A stretch of 64,000 nt of DNA, taken from an uncultured Desulfobacteraceae bacterium (GTDB lineage: Bacteria; Desulfobacterota; Desulfobacteria; Desulfobacterales; SKZT01). The notes beneath the pieces are model-generated. The model made no database searches, was not told the DNA's origin, and worked only from the letters and a program-made list of their open reading frames with translations. The DNA lies in NCBI GenBank assembly GCA_964478625.1, contig CAYZJH010000001.1:140588-204587 (forward strand), read 5' to 3'. Shown piece after piece: positions 47,423 through 56,367 of this stretch. Position 1 is the stretch's first letter. Every line of letters begins with the position of its first letter. A program made the position numbers and the translations under genes.

Positions 47423-48760
47423 CTAAAATGGTAATTTCATGCGGCCTAAACCGCGCATGCCGTCTTTGTTTAACTTTTTCATCATTTTCATGACTTGAGC
47501 ATAATTTTTTATCAACTTGTTGACATCCTGAACCGTCGTTCCGCTTCCCTTTGCAATTCTTTTCCGACGGCCACCGTTGATGATCGTATACTGACTCCGT
47601 TCCTGAGGGGTCATCGAATTAATAATGGCCTCTATTTTCACCAACTCCCGATCATCCACCTGAGCATTTTTAAGTTGTTTGATTTTGTTAATCCCTGGAA
47701 TCATGCCAATGAGCTCCGATAATGATCCCATTTTTCGAATCTGAACCATCTGATCTCGAAAATCTTCAAGGGTAAACCGGCTTTTTCTCAGCTTTTTTTC
47801 AAGTTCCGCAGCCTTTTTTTCATCCATCACAGCTTGGGCTTTTTCAATGATAGTCAACGCATCGCCCATGCCCAGGATTCTGGATGACATTCGGTCCGGG
47901 TGGAACGCTTCCAACTGGCTGAGCTTTTCTCCGGTTCCGATCAACTTGATGGGTTTACCCGTAATTGCCTTGATTGAAAGTGCCGCCCCCCCTCTGGCAT
48001 CGCCATCCATTTTGGTAAGAACAACACCACCGATATCAAGACGGCTGTTAAAAGACTGTGCAATATTGACCGCATCCTGACCGGTCATGGCATCAGCGAC
48101 CAACAAAATATCCGATGGGCTGATCGCCTCCTTGATTTTCGCAAGCTCATCCATCAGTGCTTCATCAATATGAAGGCGGCCTGCCGTATCTAAAATCATG
48201 GTGTCGCAACCCGCTTTTGAGGCCTCAACCCGGGCCTGCCGACATATTTGAACCGGGTCCATCTGCACTGCTGAATCAAAAACCGGCAAGGAAAGCTGTT
48301 CGCCCAGCTTTTTGAGCTGATCAATAGCCGCAGGTCGATAAACATCCGCAGGAACGAGATAAGGCTTTTTTCCAATTTTTCTTAAAAAAACTGCGATTTT
48401 CCCCGCAGTTGTGGTTTTCCCCGACCCCTGCAATCCCACCAACATTACTGAGGCTGGTTTGGAACCCGATAGGTTGATCCCTTCGTGGCTAGACCCCATC
48501 AACTCGGTAAGTTCTTCATTGACAATCTTAATCACCTGCTGGCCGGGTGTCAGACTTGCCATCACTTCCTGTCCCAAAGACCGCGCTTTGATTTGGGAAA
48601 TAAAGTCCTTAACCACCTTGTAATGAACATCAGCTTCAAGAAGTGCTAGACGGACCTCTTTTAAGCCATCTTGAATATTTTTTTCGGATAACTTTCCGTG
48701 TCCTTTCAGCTTCTTAAATGTGGCCTCAAGTCTTTCAGCCAAACCGTCAAACATGGTCAA
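47423..48760 (-). CDS. ffh: Signal recognition particle protein Ffh
   Basis: 445 aa. NG domain [28 protein letters not shown]. Met-rich M domain at the C-terminus. Confidence 0.95.
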   Translation of the reverse strand: MTMFDGLAERLEATFKKLKGHGKLSEKNIQDGLKEVRLALLEADVHYKVVKDFISQIKARSLGQEVMASLTPGQQVIKIVNEELTELMGSSHEGINLSGSKPASVMLVGLQGSGKTTTAGKIAVFLRKIGKKPYLVPADVYRPAAIDQLKKLGEQLSLPVFDSAVQMDPVQICRQARVEASKAGCDTMILDTAGRLHIDEALMDELAKIKEAISPSDILLVADAMTGQDAVNIAQSFNSRLDIGGVVLTKMDGDARGGAALSIKAITGKPIKLIGTGEKLSQLEAFHPDRMSSRILGMGDALTIIEKAQAVMDEKKAAELEKKLRKSRFTLEDFRDQMVQIRKMGSLSELIGMIPGINKIKQLKNAQVDDRELVKIEAIINSMTPQERSQYTIINGGRRKRIAKGSGTTVQDVNKLIKNYAQVMKMMKKLNKDGMRGLGRMKLPF

Positions 48761-48881
48761 CCCCGATTCTTTTATTAACTAAAACCTTGAAAATATATTG
48801 GTATTAATGTTATGTCAAGTAAATAATCGACACGATAGGATTTCAATCATTCTTATTTTTTCATATACCATCGGAAAAACA

Positions 48882-49928
48882 ATGTCACGTTTAAAAGATA
48901 TTAAAGAGTTATCGGAAACAGATTTGATTCAATGGCTGAGCCGGCATAATATCAAACCTTATCGGGCCACTCAGATTCAACAATGGATCTATATGCGACA
49001 AACAGATCACTTTTCGGACATGACGAATCTCGGAAACAGTCTAAGGCAACTTCTTGCCGAACATTTTACAATCGACCGCCTCAAGGTCAAAAAAATAGAA
49101 ACCTCCGCCGATGGCTCCCGTAAGTATCTCTTCGAACTTCAGGATTTAAATCTTATTGAAAGCGTTTTAATTCCGGAAAAAAATCACTATACACTATGTG
49201 TTTCGAGCCAGGTGGGGTGCGCCCAGGGATGCCGCTTTTGCTCTACTTCCCAAAACGGACTGATCCGAAATCTTTCAAGGGGTGAACTAATCGCCCAAGT
49301 AAGGGATTTAATTCGGTTGGTTGACCTCGATCATCAGGATTCCAGGCGCTTGTCCAATATTGTCTTTATGGGGATGGGAGAACCTCTTTTAAATTATAAA
49401 AATCTTGTCAGTGCCTTACAAACAATAATCTGCAATAAGTCCGGATTGAAGGTATCCGCACGCCGTATTACCGTATCCACCGCGGGCGTTGTACCAAAAC
49501 TGATGGCGCTAGGTCATGATACGCCCGTAAACCCGGCGATTTCTTTAAACGCAACGGACAACGATACCAGAAGTTTCCTGATGCCCATCAACCGAAAATA
49601 CCCCTTAGAAAAAGTTCTGGAAGCCTGCCACAGCTATCCTTTAAGGCACCACGGAATGATGACTGTCGAATATATTCTCATCAAGGGAATCAATGATTCC
49701 AGGGATGACGCCAACCGGCTATCCAAACTCCTAAAACCGATTCGGGCAAAAATAAACTTGATCCCGTTCAATGAATTTGATGGATGCGAATTAAGACGTC
49801 CGGATGAATCGGTCATTTTAAAGTTTCAGAAAATTCTCATGGATCAAAACTATACCACTATCATTCGCCAAAGTAAGGGATCAGACATTTCCGCTGCCTG
49901 CGGCCAGCTTAGAGCACGAGCCGTATAA
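48882..49928 (+). CDS. rlmN: 23S rRNA/tRNA (adenine-C2)-methyltransferase RlmN (radical SAM)
   Basis: Start chosen at ATG 48882 (MSRLKDIKELS). KPYRATQIQQWIY, cluster motif GCAQGCRFC, GMGEPLLN, C-terminal ISAACGQL. Confidence 0.9.
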   Translation: MSRLKDIKELSETDLIQWLSRHNIKPYRATQIQQWIYMRQTDHFSDMTNLGNSLRQLLAEHFTIDRLKVKKIETSADGSRKYLFELQDLNLIESVLIPEKNHYTLCVSSQVGCAQGCRFCSTSQNGLIRNLSRGELIAQVRDLIRLVDLDHQDSRRLSNIVFMGMGEPLLNYKNLVSALQTIICNKSGLKVSARRITVSTAGVVPKLMALGHDTPVNPAISLNATDNDTRSFLMPINRKYPLEKVLEACHSYPLRHHGMMTVEYILIKGINDSRDDANRLSKLLKPIRAKINLIPFNEFDGCELRRPDESVILKFQKILMDQNYTTIIRQSKGSDISAACGQLRARAV

Positions 49929-49930
49929 CC

Positions 49931-50926
49931 TTACACCAGCATATGTTTGACGTCCGACGGTTGTATCGGAAGAACACGAATCTTTTTGCATTCTCTTTCG
50001 TTTTCAACCGTAACTTCAACAGGACCCTTTTCAGAAAGTTTACTGTATCCCGCACACATTCCTGCTGCCAGATAGAGTTCACCGTCACTTGGATATCCGC
50101 AAACCAGAACTACAGGACCGGCGTAATTGCTTAGCCTAATTTTAGTATCATTTTGAGGGTTAAGGTAAGCTAAAATGCTCTCATTATCTTCTTGAGTACG
50201 ACCCACAACAATCTTTGTTCCCGAAGGTGTTCGAAAATGACGTCCGAACTTAAGCAAAATTAATTCGTTGTTCGTCACATTTTCTTTGCGGCTTAACAGG
50301 TCTTCAAGCCGATGACAAAATCCCTTATCGGTTAACAGACATCCACCTGCCGGGGCAGGATAATCTTCAACACCGAATTCCCTGGCAAGCTGAATCTGCC
50401 GTTTGCGCCCTCTTCCCGCAATATCCAATAATTTTTCTCTGGCTACCCATCCCTTTTTTTCAGGAATGGTTTCATCCAGCTTTCGGGCACTCAACGGGCG
50501 CAAAATATAACCACCCATTCCTGAGTGTTTTTCAACATATTTCAGTGAGGGCCTTGTCTGGGACATGGGACGTTGCCCCAATACTTCTCCGCTGAAAAGA
50601 AAATGAAACCCTTTTTCAGTCATAATTTCACCGGCCAACTTAAACATCAAAGCATGACAATCCATACAGGGGTTCATATTTTTTCCATAACCACCCTTTG
50701 GATTTCTGAGCATTTTCATGTAACTTTCAGTAATATTTTTAACCATGAGAGGGATTCGGGAATTATCCGCAGCTTTTCTTGCCTTGTCTGAAGAAAAAAA
50801 AGGGGTCTCAAAACTTATCCATTCAACATGGATTCCTTGTTTTTGAATAACCATTGCCGAAAGAATGCTGTCCAATCCTCCGGAACATAACCCCAAGGCT
50901 CTGATCTTTTCTTGATTTACACTCAT
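49931..50926 (-). CDS. PP-loop ATP pyrophosphatase family protein (MnmA/ThiI-like, presumably tRNA thiolation)
   Basis: 331 aa. PP-loop CSGGLDS near the N-terminus and NPCMDCH motif. The C-terminal roughly 140 aa are not recognised. Confidence 0.6.
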   Translation of the reverse strand: MSVNQEKIRALGLCSGGLDSILSAMVIQKQGIHVEWISFETPFFSSDKARKAADNSRIPLMVKNITESYMKMLRNPKGGYGKNMNPCMDCHALMFKLAGEIMTEKGFHFLFSGEVLGQRPMSQTRPSLKYVEKHSGMGGYILRPLSARKLDETIPEKKGWVAREKLLDIAGRGRKRQIQLAREFGVEDYPAPAGGCLLTDKGFCHRLEDLLSRKENVTNNELILLKFGRHFRTPSGTKIVVGRTQEDNESILAYLNPQNDTKIRLSNYAGPVVLVCGYPSDGELYLAAGMCAGYSKLSEKGPVEVTVENERECKKIRVLPIQPSDVKHMLV

Positions 50927-51062
50927 ATGGTTTTATATTTATCGGGCATGGTCATCAAAACCTGCCTATTGGCCCTTGGAGGACCATTATTTTAATCAGC
51001 GAACTTATTGAAAAGAGATTCCTTATTCAATCGGCAACTTAATTTCAGTGTGGGATCGGAAT

Positions 51063-51698
51063 ATGAAACCAGATAATCGAGTGAAAAAGATAATCGAAAT
51101 TTTAAATAACACCTATCCGGATGTCAAGACCCAGCTCAATTATGAAACCCCGTTTCAGTTGCTGACCGCCACTATTTTGTCTGCCCAATGCACAGACAAG
51201 CAGGTCAATAAAGTCACTGAAACACTTTTTAAGACCCTTAAAAAGCCTGAGGACTTTGTGAAAATAGACCTGTCTATTTTGGAAAATTTTATCCGTACCA
51301 CCGGCTACTATAAAAACAAGGCTAAAAATCTTAAAAATTGTGCCGAGGCGTTACTTGAAAAATATGGTGGGGTTGTACCCGACAATCTTGAAGATCTTGT
51401 CAAGCTTCCTGGAGTGGGAAGGAAAACCGCAAATGTTGTTCTGGGAAGTGCTTTCGGTATTCCATCGATTGTCGTTGACACCCATGTTGCAAGAATTTCA
51501 CAACGTTTGGAACTTACCAGCAACAAAGATCCGGTTAAGATTGAATTTGACCTGATGAAAATAATTCCCAGAAAAGAGTGGGATGGTTTTTCTCTTCGAC
51601 TCATTTATTTCGGGCGTGAATACTGCAGAGCCAGAAACCCGCTTTGTGCCAAGTGTCCCATTTATGATCTTTGTGAATACCCAGGCAAAACCGCCTGA
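51063..51698 (+). CDS. nth: Endonuclease III
   Basis: HhH-GPD LPGVGRKTANVVL, catalytic VDTHV, and [4Fe-4S] loop CRARNPLCAKCPIYDLC. GTG at 51048 is an alternative start. Confidence 0.9.
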   Translation: MKPDNRVKKIIEILNNTYPDVKTQLNYETPFQLLTATILSAQCTDKQVNKVTETLFKTLKKPEDFVKIDLSILENFIRTTGYYKNKAKNLKNCAEALLEKYGGVVPDNLEDLVKLPGVGRKTANVVLGSAFGIPSIVVDTHVARISQRLELTSNKDPVKIEFDLMKIIPRKEWDGFSLRLIYFGREYCRARNPLCAKCPIYDLCEYPGKTA

Positions 51699-51707
51699 GA
51701 GAAATCC

Positions 51708-52571
51708 ATGAAAAATCATGACAAAAGAAAATGGTTTCTCGGAGCCCATCTTTCCATAGCCAAAGGTTTTGATCAAGCTGTTTATCAAGCTCATGCCCTT
51801 GGCTGCAATACCCTTCAGATTTTTACAAAAAATGCCACTACCTGGAAAGAGCGGGATATTTCCGAGACTGAAATTAAGCGCTTTCAACAGGCCAAAAAAG
51901 ATACCGGCATCCAAATCATTTCCTCGCATACGTCTTACCTTATTAATTTAGCCTCAGATGAACCTGAAATAAGAAATAAGTCCATCCGGGCACTCAAAAA
52001 TGAATTGATCCGTGCCACTAAACTCGGGCTTTGTTATGTGGTGCTTCACCCCGGAGCGCACAAGGGAACCGGGGTCAAACAAGGGCTCGACAGAATTGCA
52101 GAAAGTCTTAATACTGTTTTGGATCCTTCTGTCATCCATACTCCATTATTGCTTCTTGAAACCACCGCCGGACAGGGAAGCAGTCTCGGAAGTTGTTTCG
52201 GCCATTTATCCACAATAATGGAGAAAATTGCCAATCCCAAAAGCCTGGGCATCTGTATGGATACATCCCATATATTTGCTGCAGGATATGACATTCGCAC
52301 CGATAGTACCTACCACCAGACCATGAAAGCTTTTGACTCATGCATTGGTTTTCAGCATCTTCATCTTTTTCATCTCAATGATTCAAAAAAAGACATCGGT
52401 TCGGGAGTCGACAGGCATGAACACATCGGGCGGGGATTTATCGGAATGGCAGCTTTCAGAAAAATCATGAACGATTCCAGGTTCATGCATATCCCTAAAA
52501 TTATCGAAACCCCAAAAGAAAATAACATGGACCATGTTAACTTGGAGCGATTAAAGATGATGGTCGATTAG
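51708..52571 (+). CDS. nfo: Endonuclease IV (deoxyribonuclease IV)
   Basis: 287 aa. GAHLSIAKG, VLHPGA, LLETTAGQGS, DTSHIFAAGYD, HLNDSK, DRHEHIG. Confidence 0.9.
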   Translation: MKNHDKRKWFLGAHLSIAKGFDQAVYQAHALGCNTLQIFTKNATTWKERDISETEIKRFQQAKKDTGIQIISSHTSYLINLASDEPEIRNKSIRALKNELIRATKLGLCYVVLHPGAHKGTGVKQGLDRIAESLNTVLDPSVIHTPLLLLETTAGQGSSLGSCFGHLSTIMEKIANPKSLGICMDTSHIFAAGYDIRTDSTYHQTMKAFDSCIGFQHLHLFHLNDSKKDIGSGVDRHEHIGRGFIGMAAFRKIMNDSRFMHIPKIIETPKENNMDHVNLERLKMMVD

Positions 52572-52716
52572 CAATTTTAAACTTGGAAAAATCCGGGAAT
52601 TATGCCCTCTTTTTTCTTCTTTTTTCTATTGACATCGAATAGGTATAATTATTAAATATTCACTGGATTTCAAAATAATAGGATAATCAATTCAGAAACA
52701 AGCTAAGGGGGACTTT

Positions 52717-53460
52717 ATGAAGCGAACGACGATTATTGCCACCATATTGGTACTGGTTTTTTCTACAACAGTAATTGCAGCCGATGGAGATGTCTCTCGG
52801 CTTGTACCCACCGAGAAGGTTACCGCATACAAAGATGGACAAAAAATTGCGGAATACACCCAGGAAATGCCGGTTCCGGAAAATGTCTTATTGTCCTGCA
52901 AAGGAAAGTGTGGCATCATTACGGAAGACCTTTCACTGGTGGGTGAAGATCAGAGCCGGTTTTTGATCGATTCGGAGCAAAATAGCAGATATTTAGGTGT
53001 GGAGGAAGGTACGGTCTATTTTGGTATTTCCACAATGCCCCGTAAAATAATATTTATGACCCCAAAAGGGGCGGTTTCTGTAAACCAGGTATTTATTGAC
53101 GCGTCCTCAAATGCCAAAATGTTGGAAGGTTATATCAAGGTCACCGAAGAATTCAGTGAAATCGGGGTGCTCGAAGGCGGATCTTTGCAGCTTTTGACCG
53201 ATGAAGGCCAAAAGGTCATTAAACCGGGACAACGATTTGTATTGGCCCAGGCTGATATGGGCGGAGAAACTTCAGGGACTTCTGGCAGCGGCAGTACTGG
53301 TTTTCATAACCAGGGTGGATTTCTCGCAAATCTTACCAGCGGGCAGATCGAATTTATAACGACCGTTGCCATCGCCGGTGGGGTATCATCACTTGGTGCT
53401 GCTTTACACGATAAAGACAAAACCAGAGATGCAAGTCCATCTCAACCTGTAGAGGAGTAA
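52717..53460 (+). CDS. Hypothetical secreted beta-rich protein with a Gly/Ser/Thr linker and a C-terminal hydrophobic segment
   Basis: 247 aa with AAGGGGG RBS. Signal peptide MKRTTIIATILVLVFSTTVIAADG. Linker GGETSGTSGSGSTG, then ITTVAIAGGVSSLGAAL. No family recognised, though a FecR-like fold is possible. Confidence 0.5.
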   Translation: MKRTTIIATILVLVFSTTVIAADGDVSRLVPTEKVTAYKDGQKIAEYTQEMPVPENVLLSCKGKCGIITEDLSLVGEDQSRFLIDSEQNSRYLGVEEGTVYFGISTMPRKIIFMTPKGAVSVNQVFIDASSNAKMLEGYIKVTEEFSEIGVLEGGSLQLLTDEGQKVIKPGQRFVLAQADMGGETSGTSGSGSTGFHNQGGFLANLTSGQIEFITTVAIAGGVSSLGAALHDKDKTRDASPSQPVEE

Positions 53461-53493
53461 AAACAGGATCGTTTTGAAGAAAAACATATTCAA

Positions 53494-53531
53494 CGGCGGC
53501 ACACGAATTTGGTGATGCCGCTGTTTTTATT
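53494..53531 (+). terminator. Rho-independent terminator after the 52717 gene
   Basis: CGGCGGCA-cacgaatttggtga-TGCCGCTG, with one G-U pair, followed by TTTTTATTT. Confidence 0.6.
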
Positions 53532-53629
53532 TGTGTTTGCTGGGTAAAAAAAGATTCTTTTAATTCCTTTAGGCTTTCGACTTTCAAAAAAGACATAATC
53601 ATTAATACGCTGAACAAAGACAAGAAGAA

Positions 53630-54652
53630 ATGAAATCAAAAAACCTGGCCATTATGGTGTTGATTAGCTCAACGTTAATCTTTGGTATGACCGGATGCGC
53701 CCCAAAAGCAAGTCCGAGGGAAAATTTCAATACCCAAAGCTTTATTGACAAACCGGAACAAATTACAGAACTTAATCAAAAATTGTTTGCCGATGCCAAC
53801 ATATCACCCGACCGAAGTGATTATCTATTAGGGCCGGGTGATCTGATTGAAGTCAAAGTATTTGAATCCGATAAACTCAATACGACCGTTCGCATCAGTT
53901 CCCGCGGCTATGTGTCTCTACCCCTGATCGGCGAGGTAAATTTAAAAGGAAAAACCGCCCATGAGGCTGAAACACTTATCGAAAACAAATATAAAGCCAG
54001 TTACATCAAAAATCCCCATGTCAGTATTTTTGTAAGGGAACACCACAGCCAAAGAGTGACAATTGTGGGAGAGGTTGAAAAACCGGGCACCTATGATTAT
54101 CCATCCAGGCAGCGTTTAGTCGATGCCCTGGCCATCGCTGGCGGCCTCACTGAAAAAGCAGGGCAGATGGTTCATATCAGAAGATTCACCGCCACTAGTG
54201 ACGAATCGGAAGGTGAACCACAAAGTTTTCTGATTAACCTGGATGAACTGATTAATCAGGGGAAATCCGAGTTAAACATCATTATCAACGGAGGCGACGT
54301 CATTTTCATTCCTGAAGCCGGTTTGTTCTACATCGATGGTGCTGTAAGACGTCCGGGACAATACCATATAAAAGAAAATCTCTCCGTAAGAAAAGCAATC
54401 ATGAGTGCAGGCGGTTTGGCTACTTACGCAAATTCAAAAGATTTGGTTCTTATGCGGAAAAATGAAAACGGAAACCGGGAAGAAATCAAATTGAATCTGC
54501 AAAAAGACATGGACCTCGCAGAAGAAACAATTGTCCAGGATGGAGATATAATATTTGTAAATTCCAGCTTCTGGGGAAAACTGCTCTATGGAGGAGGAGT
54601 CAATATCGGAATCCCAGGATTTGGTTTCAATTATCGTGATCCCGAGCGATAA
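53630..54652 (+). CDS. Polysaccharide export outer-membrane lipoprotein (Wza/Poly_export + SLBB family)
   Basis: 340 aa. Lipobox FGMTGC. YLLGPGDLIEVKVFE ... VRISSRGYVSLPLIGEVNLKGKTAHEAE. SLBB-like GEVEKPGTYDY and DGAVRRPGQYHI. Confidence 0.85.
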   Translation: MKSKNLAIMVLISSTLIFGMTGCAPKASPRENFNTQSFIDKPEQITELNQKLFADANISPDRSDYLLGPGDLIEVKVFESDKLNTTVRISSRGYVSLPLIGEVNLKGKTAHEAETLIENKYKASYIKNPHVSIFVREHHSQRVTIVGEVEKPGTYDYPSRQRLVDALAIAGGLTEKAGQMVHIRRFTATSDESEGEPQSFLINLDELINQGKSELNIIINGGDVIFIPEAGLFYIDGAVRRPGQYHIKENLSVRKAIMSAGGLATYANSKDLVLMRKNENGNREEIKLNLQKDMDLAEETIVQDGDIIFVNSSFWGKLLYGGGVNIGIPGFGFNYRDPER

Positions 54653-54673
54653 TTTTTTTTCATCACATAATGG

Positions 54674-56344
54674 TCAGTTCATGAATCGATAACTTAATTC
54701 ATTGATTTTGAATGACTCATCAATAAAAGATTCATCCTTGGATATCAAATTTAGGTGAATATCGCCATTGTAACGGTGCCAATAATTCTCATGTTTTTTA
54801 CGCCATTGTAAAAAAAACACGCCTTTGATGTCAATCGTGCTGCCATTCGGTTCCAAAGTATAATTCACCATACTGATCCGGTAGGTAATCGATGCAAGAT
54901 TCTGAAAATTTTTACGGTATTTGGGCAAAAGCCGGTTAATTGGAATCCCATTTTCAATGGCATTTTTTGAAAAAAAGGTCATCAGCGTATTGAGGTCCAT
55001 CCTTTCATAGGCATCACAATAACGGGAGAGAAATTGCTCCAACTCAGCATTAATTTGCAACGGAACATTCGAAACCAGGGTTTCCGAAATGATTTCATCG
55101 ATTTTACCAAGGGTTTCCAGTTTTGGAAATCCCGAATGATCAGGCTTTGATAAACCGGAAATATCATCGGTGTTGTTGATCTCATTGGCCGGATTCAAGG
55201 GTTTCGGTCCGGGCAGTTCAGCCACTTTAAAGTTTTTGGAACTTGATTTTTCGATGATCAGGTTTTGAGAATCAGATAAATCATTTTTCTTTTGCGCTTG
55301 ATAACTCTTTTTGAGCGGATCATCAGTTGCCATATCTTTGGAGTCTGGTCCATCCCCATGATCCGTTACCTGCCATCCGGTATTTTTATTTTCAACAAGC
55401 TTGGGACGGTTTGGGTCCGCTTCAAAAGGGGTTTTTTCCCGTTTTTTTGTGGGGATTTCCCGTTCAATATCAGGTGACCGGGTGTATTCAGCGGTTTCCT
55501 GGGTCACTTCACCGGCCAGATGATTTTCCAAACTATTATCCTGCGTTTCAGGATGTTCCATCCCTTTTATTTCCAATAGATTATGTTCATCATGATATTT
55601 TGAATTCTGATCACGATTTTGATTTTCCGGCAATGTTTTTTTTACCGCACTCATTTTGTGTACATCATCCAGGACGGATCGCTGAGTAATCACAAAATCA
55701 GCGATCCATGCAGTACCTACAAGCAATAAAACAATAAAAATAAAACGAACTCCGTAAATCCTGAGTAATGACCTATTCAAAGTCTCATCAGCCTCTTTCA
55801 CGGAAGTTTCCGACCACTGCCGGTGACTGTTTTGCATTCGGATCCTATTATAATGGCGACGAAGGAATGGGTCCGACAATATTCTATATGCCTCACGAAC
55901 AGAGAAAAATTCATCATTTTTCCCGGAGGATAAATCAGGGTGGGTCAAGCGGGCTTTAGCTCGAAAAGCTTTTTTTATGGTATCGTTGCTCGCATTTTCA
56001 GATACTCCCAGAATTTGATAATGGTCAATTTGACTTGATTTGGGAATTTGAGTATGTAAACCGATTGCATCAGCAATGGTGGCCAGTTTACTCCTTAATT
56101 TTTCAAAAGAAAAACCTTGCCGGAAAGCCTCTTGCTTTAGCTCACGGTACCATCTTAACTGCTCCGGATTAGTATTTTTTTCTGCTTTTATCGTAGCAGA
56201 ACAGTATAATATAAACTGTTTATACTCGGCGATATGCCGAATAAGGGTAGGAGTGTCATTAATGGTTATAACAAGCCGTACAAAGGTTCGTATCAGTTTT
56301 TTATGATCAGATCGTTTTGGTTTTTGCTTCCAAAAAGTCAACAT
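54674..56344 (-). CDS. Membrane-spanning J-domain (DnaJ-like) protein with an uncharacterised N-terminal region and a C-terminal NTF2/SnoaL-like domain
   Basis: 556 aa. J domain DHYQILGVSENASNDTIKKAFRAKARLTHPDL with the HPD tripeptide. One TM helix (FIFIVLLLVGTAWIADFVI), a polar low-complexity linker and a roughly 130-aa C-terminal domain. Last gene of the phosphatase-Wzc operon. Confidence 0.7.
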   Translation of the reverse strand: MLTFWKQKPKRSDHKKLIRTFVRLVITINDTPTLIRHIAEYKQFILYCSATIKAEKNTNPEQLRWYRELKQEAFRQGFSFEKLRSKLATIADAIGLHTQIPKSSQIDHYQILGVSENASNDTIKKAFRAKARLTHPDLSSGKNDEFFSVREAYRILSDPFLRRHYNRIRMQNSHRQWSETSVKEADETLNRSLLRIYGVRFIFIVLLLVGTAWIADFVITQRSVLDDVHKMSAVKKTLPENQNRDQNSKYHDEHNLLEIKGMEHPETQDNSLENHLAGEVTQETAEYTRSPDIEREIPTKKREKTPFEADPNRPKLVENKNTGWQVTDHGDGPDSKDMATDDPLKKSYQAQKKNDLSDSQNLIIEKSSSKNFKVAELPGPKPLNPANEINNTDDISGLSKPDHSGFPKLETLGKIDEIISETLVSNVPLQINAELEQFLSRYCDAYERMDLNTLMTFFSKNAIENGIPINRLLPKYRKNFQNLASITYRISMVNYTLEPNGSTIDIKGVFFLQWRKKHENYWHRYNGDIHLNLISKDESFIDESFKINELSYRFMN

Positions 56345-56367
56345 AATGAAAATCTGAACCCTTTTGA

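Noticed and set aside
52629-52650. TTGACA followed by TATAAT upstream of the 52717 gene.
   Set aside because: The two hexamers are only 9 nt apart, far from the 16-18 nt needed. Alternative -10 hexamers at proper spacing are poor, so no promoter is called.
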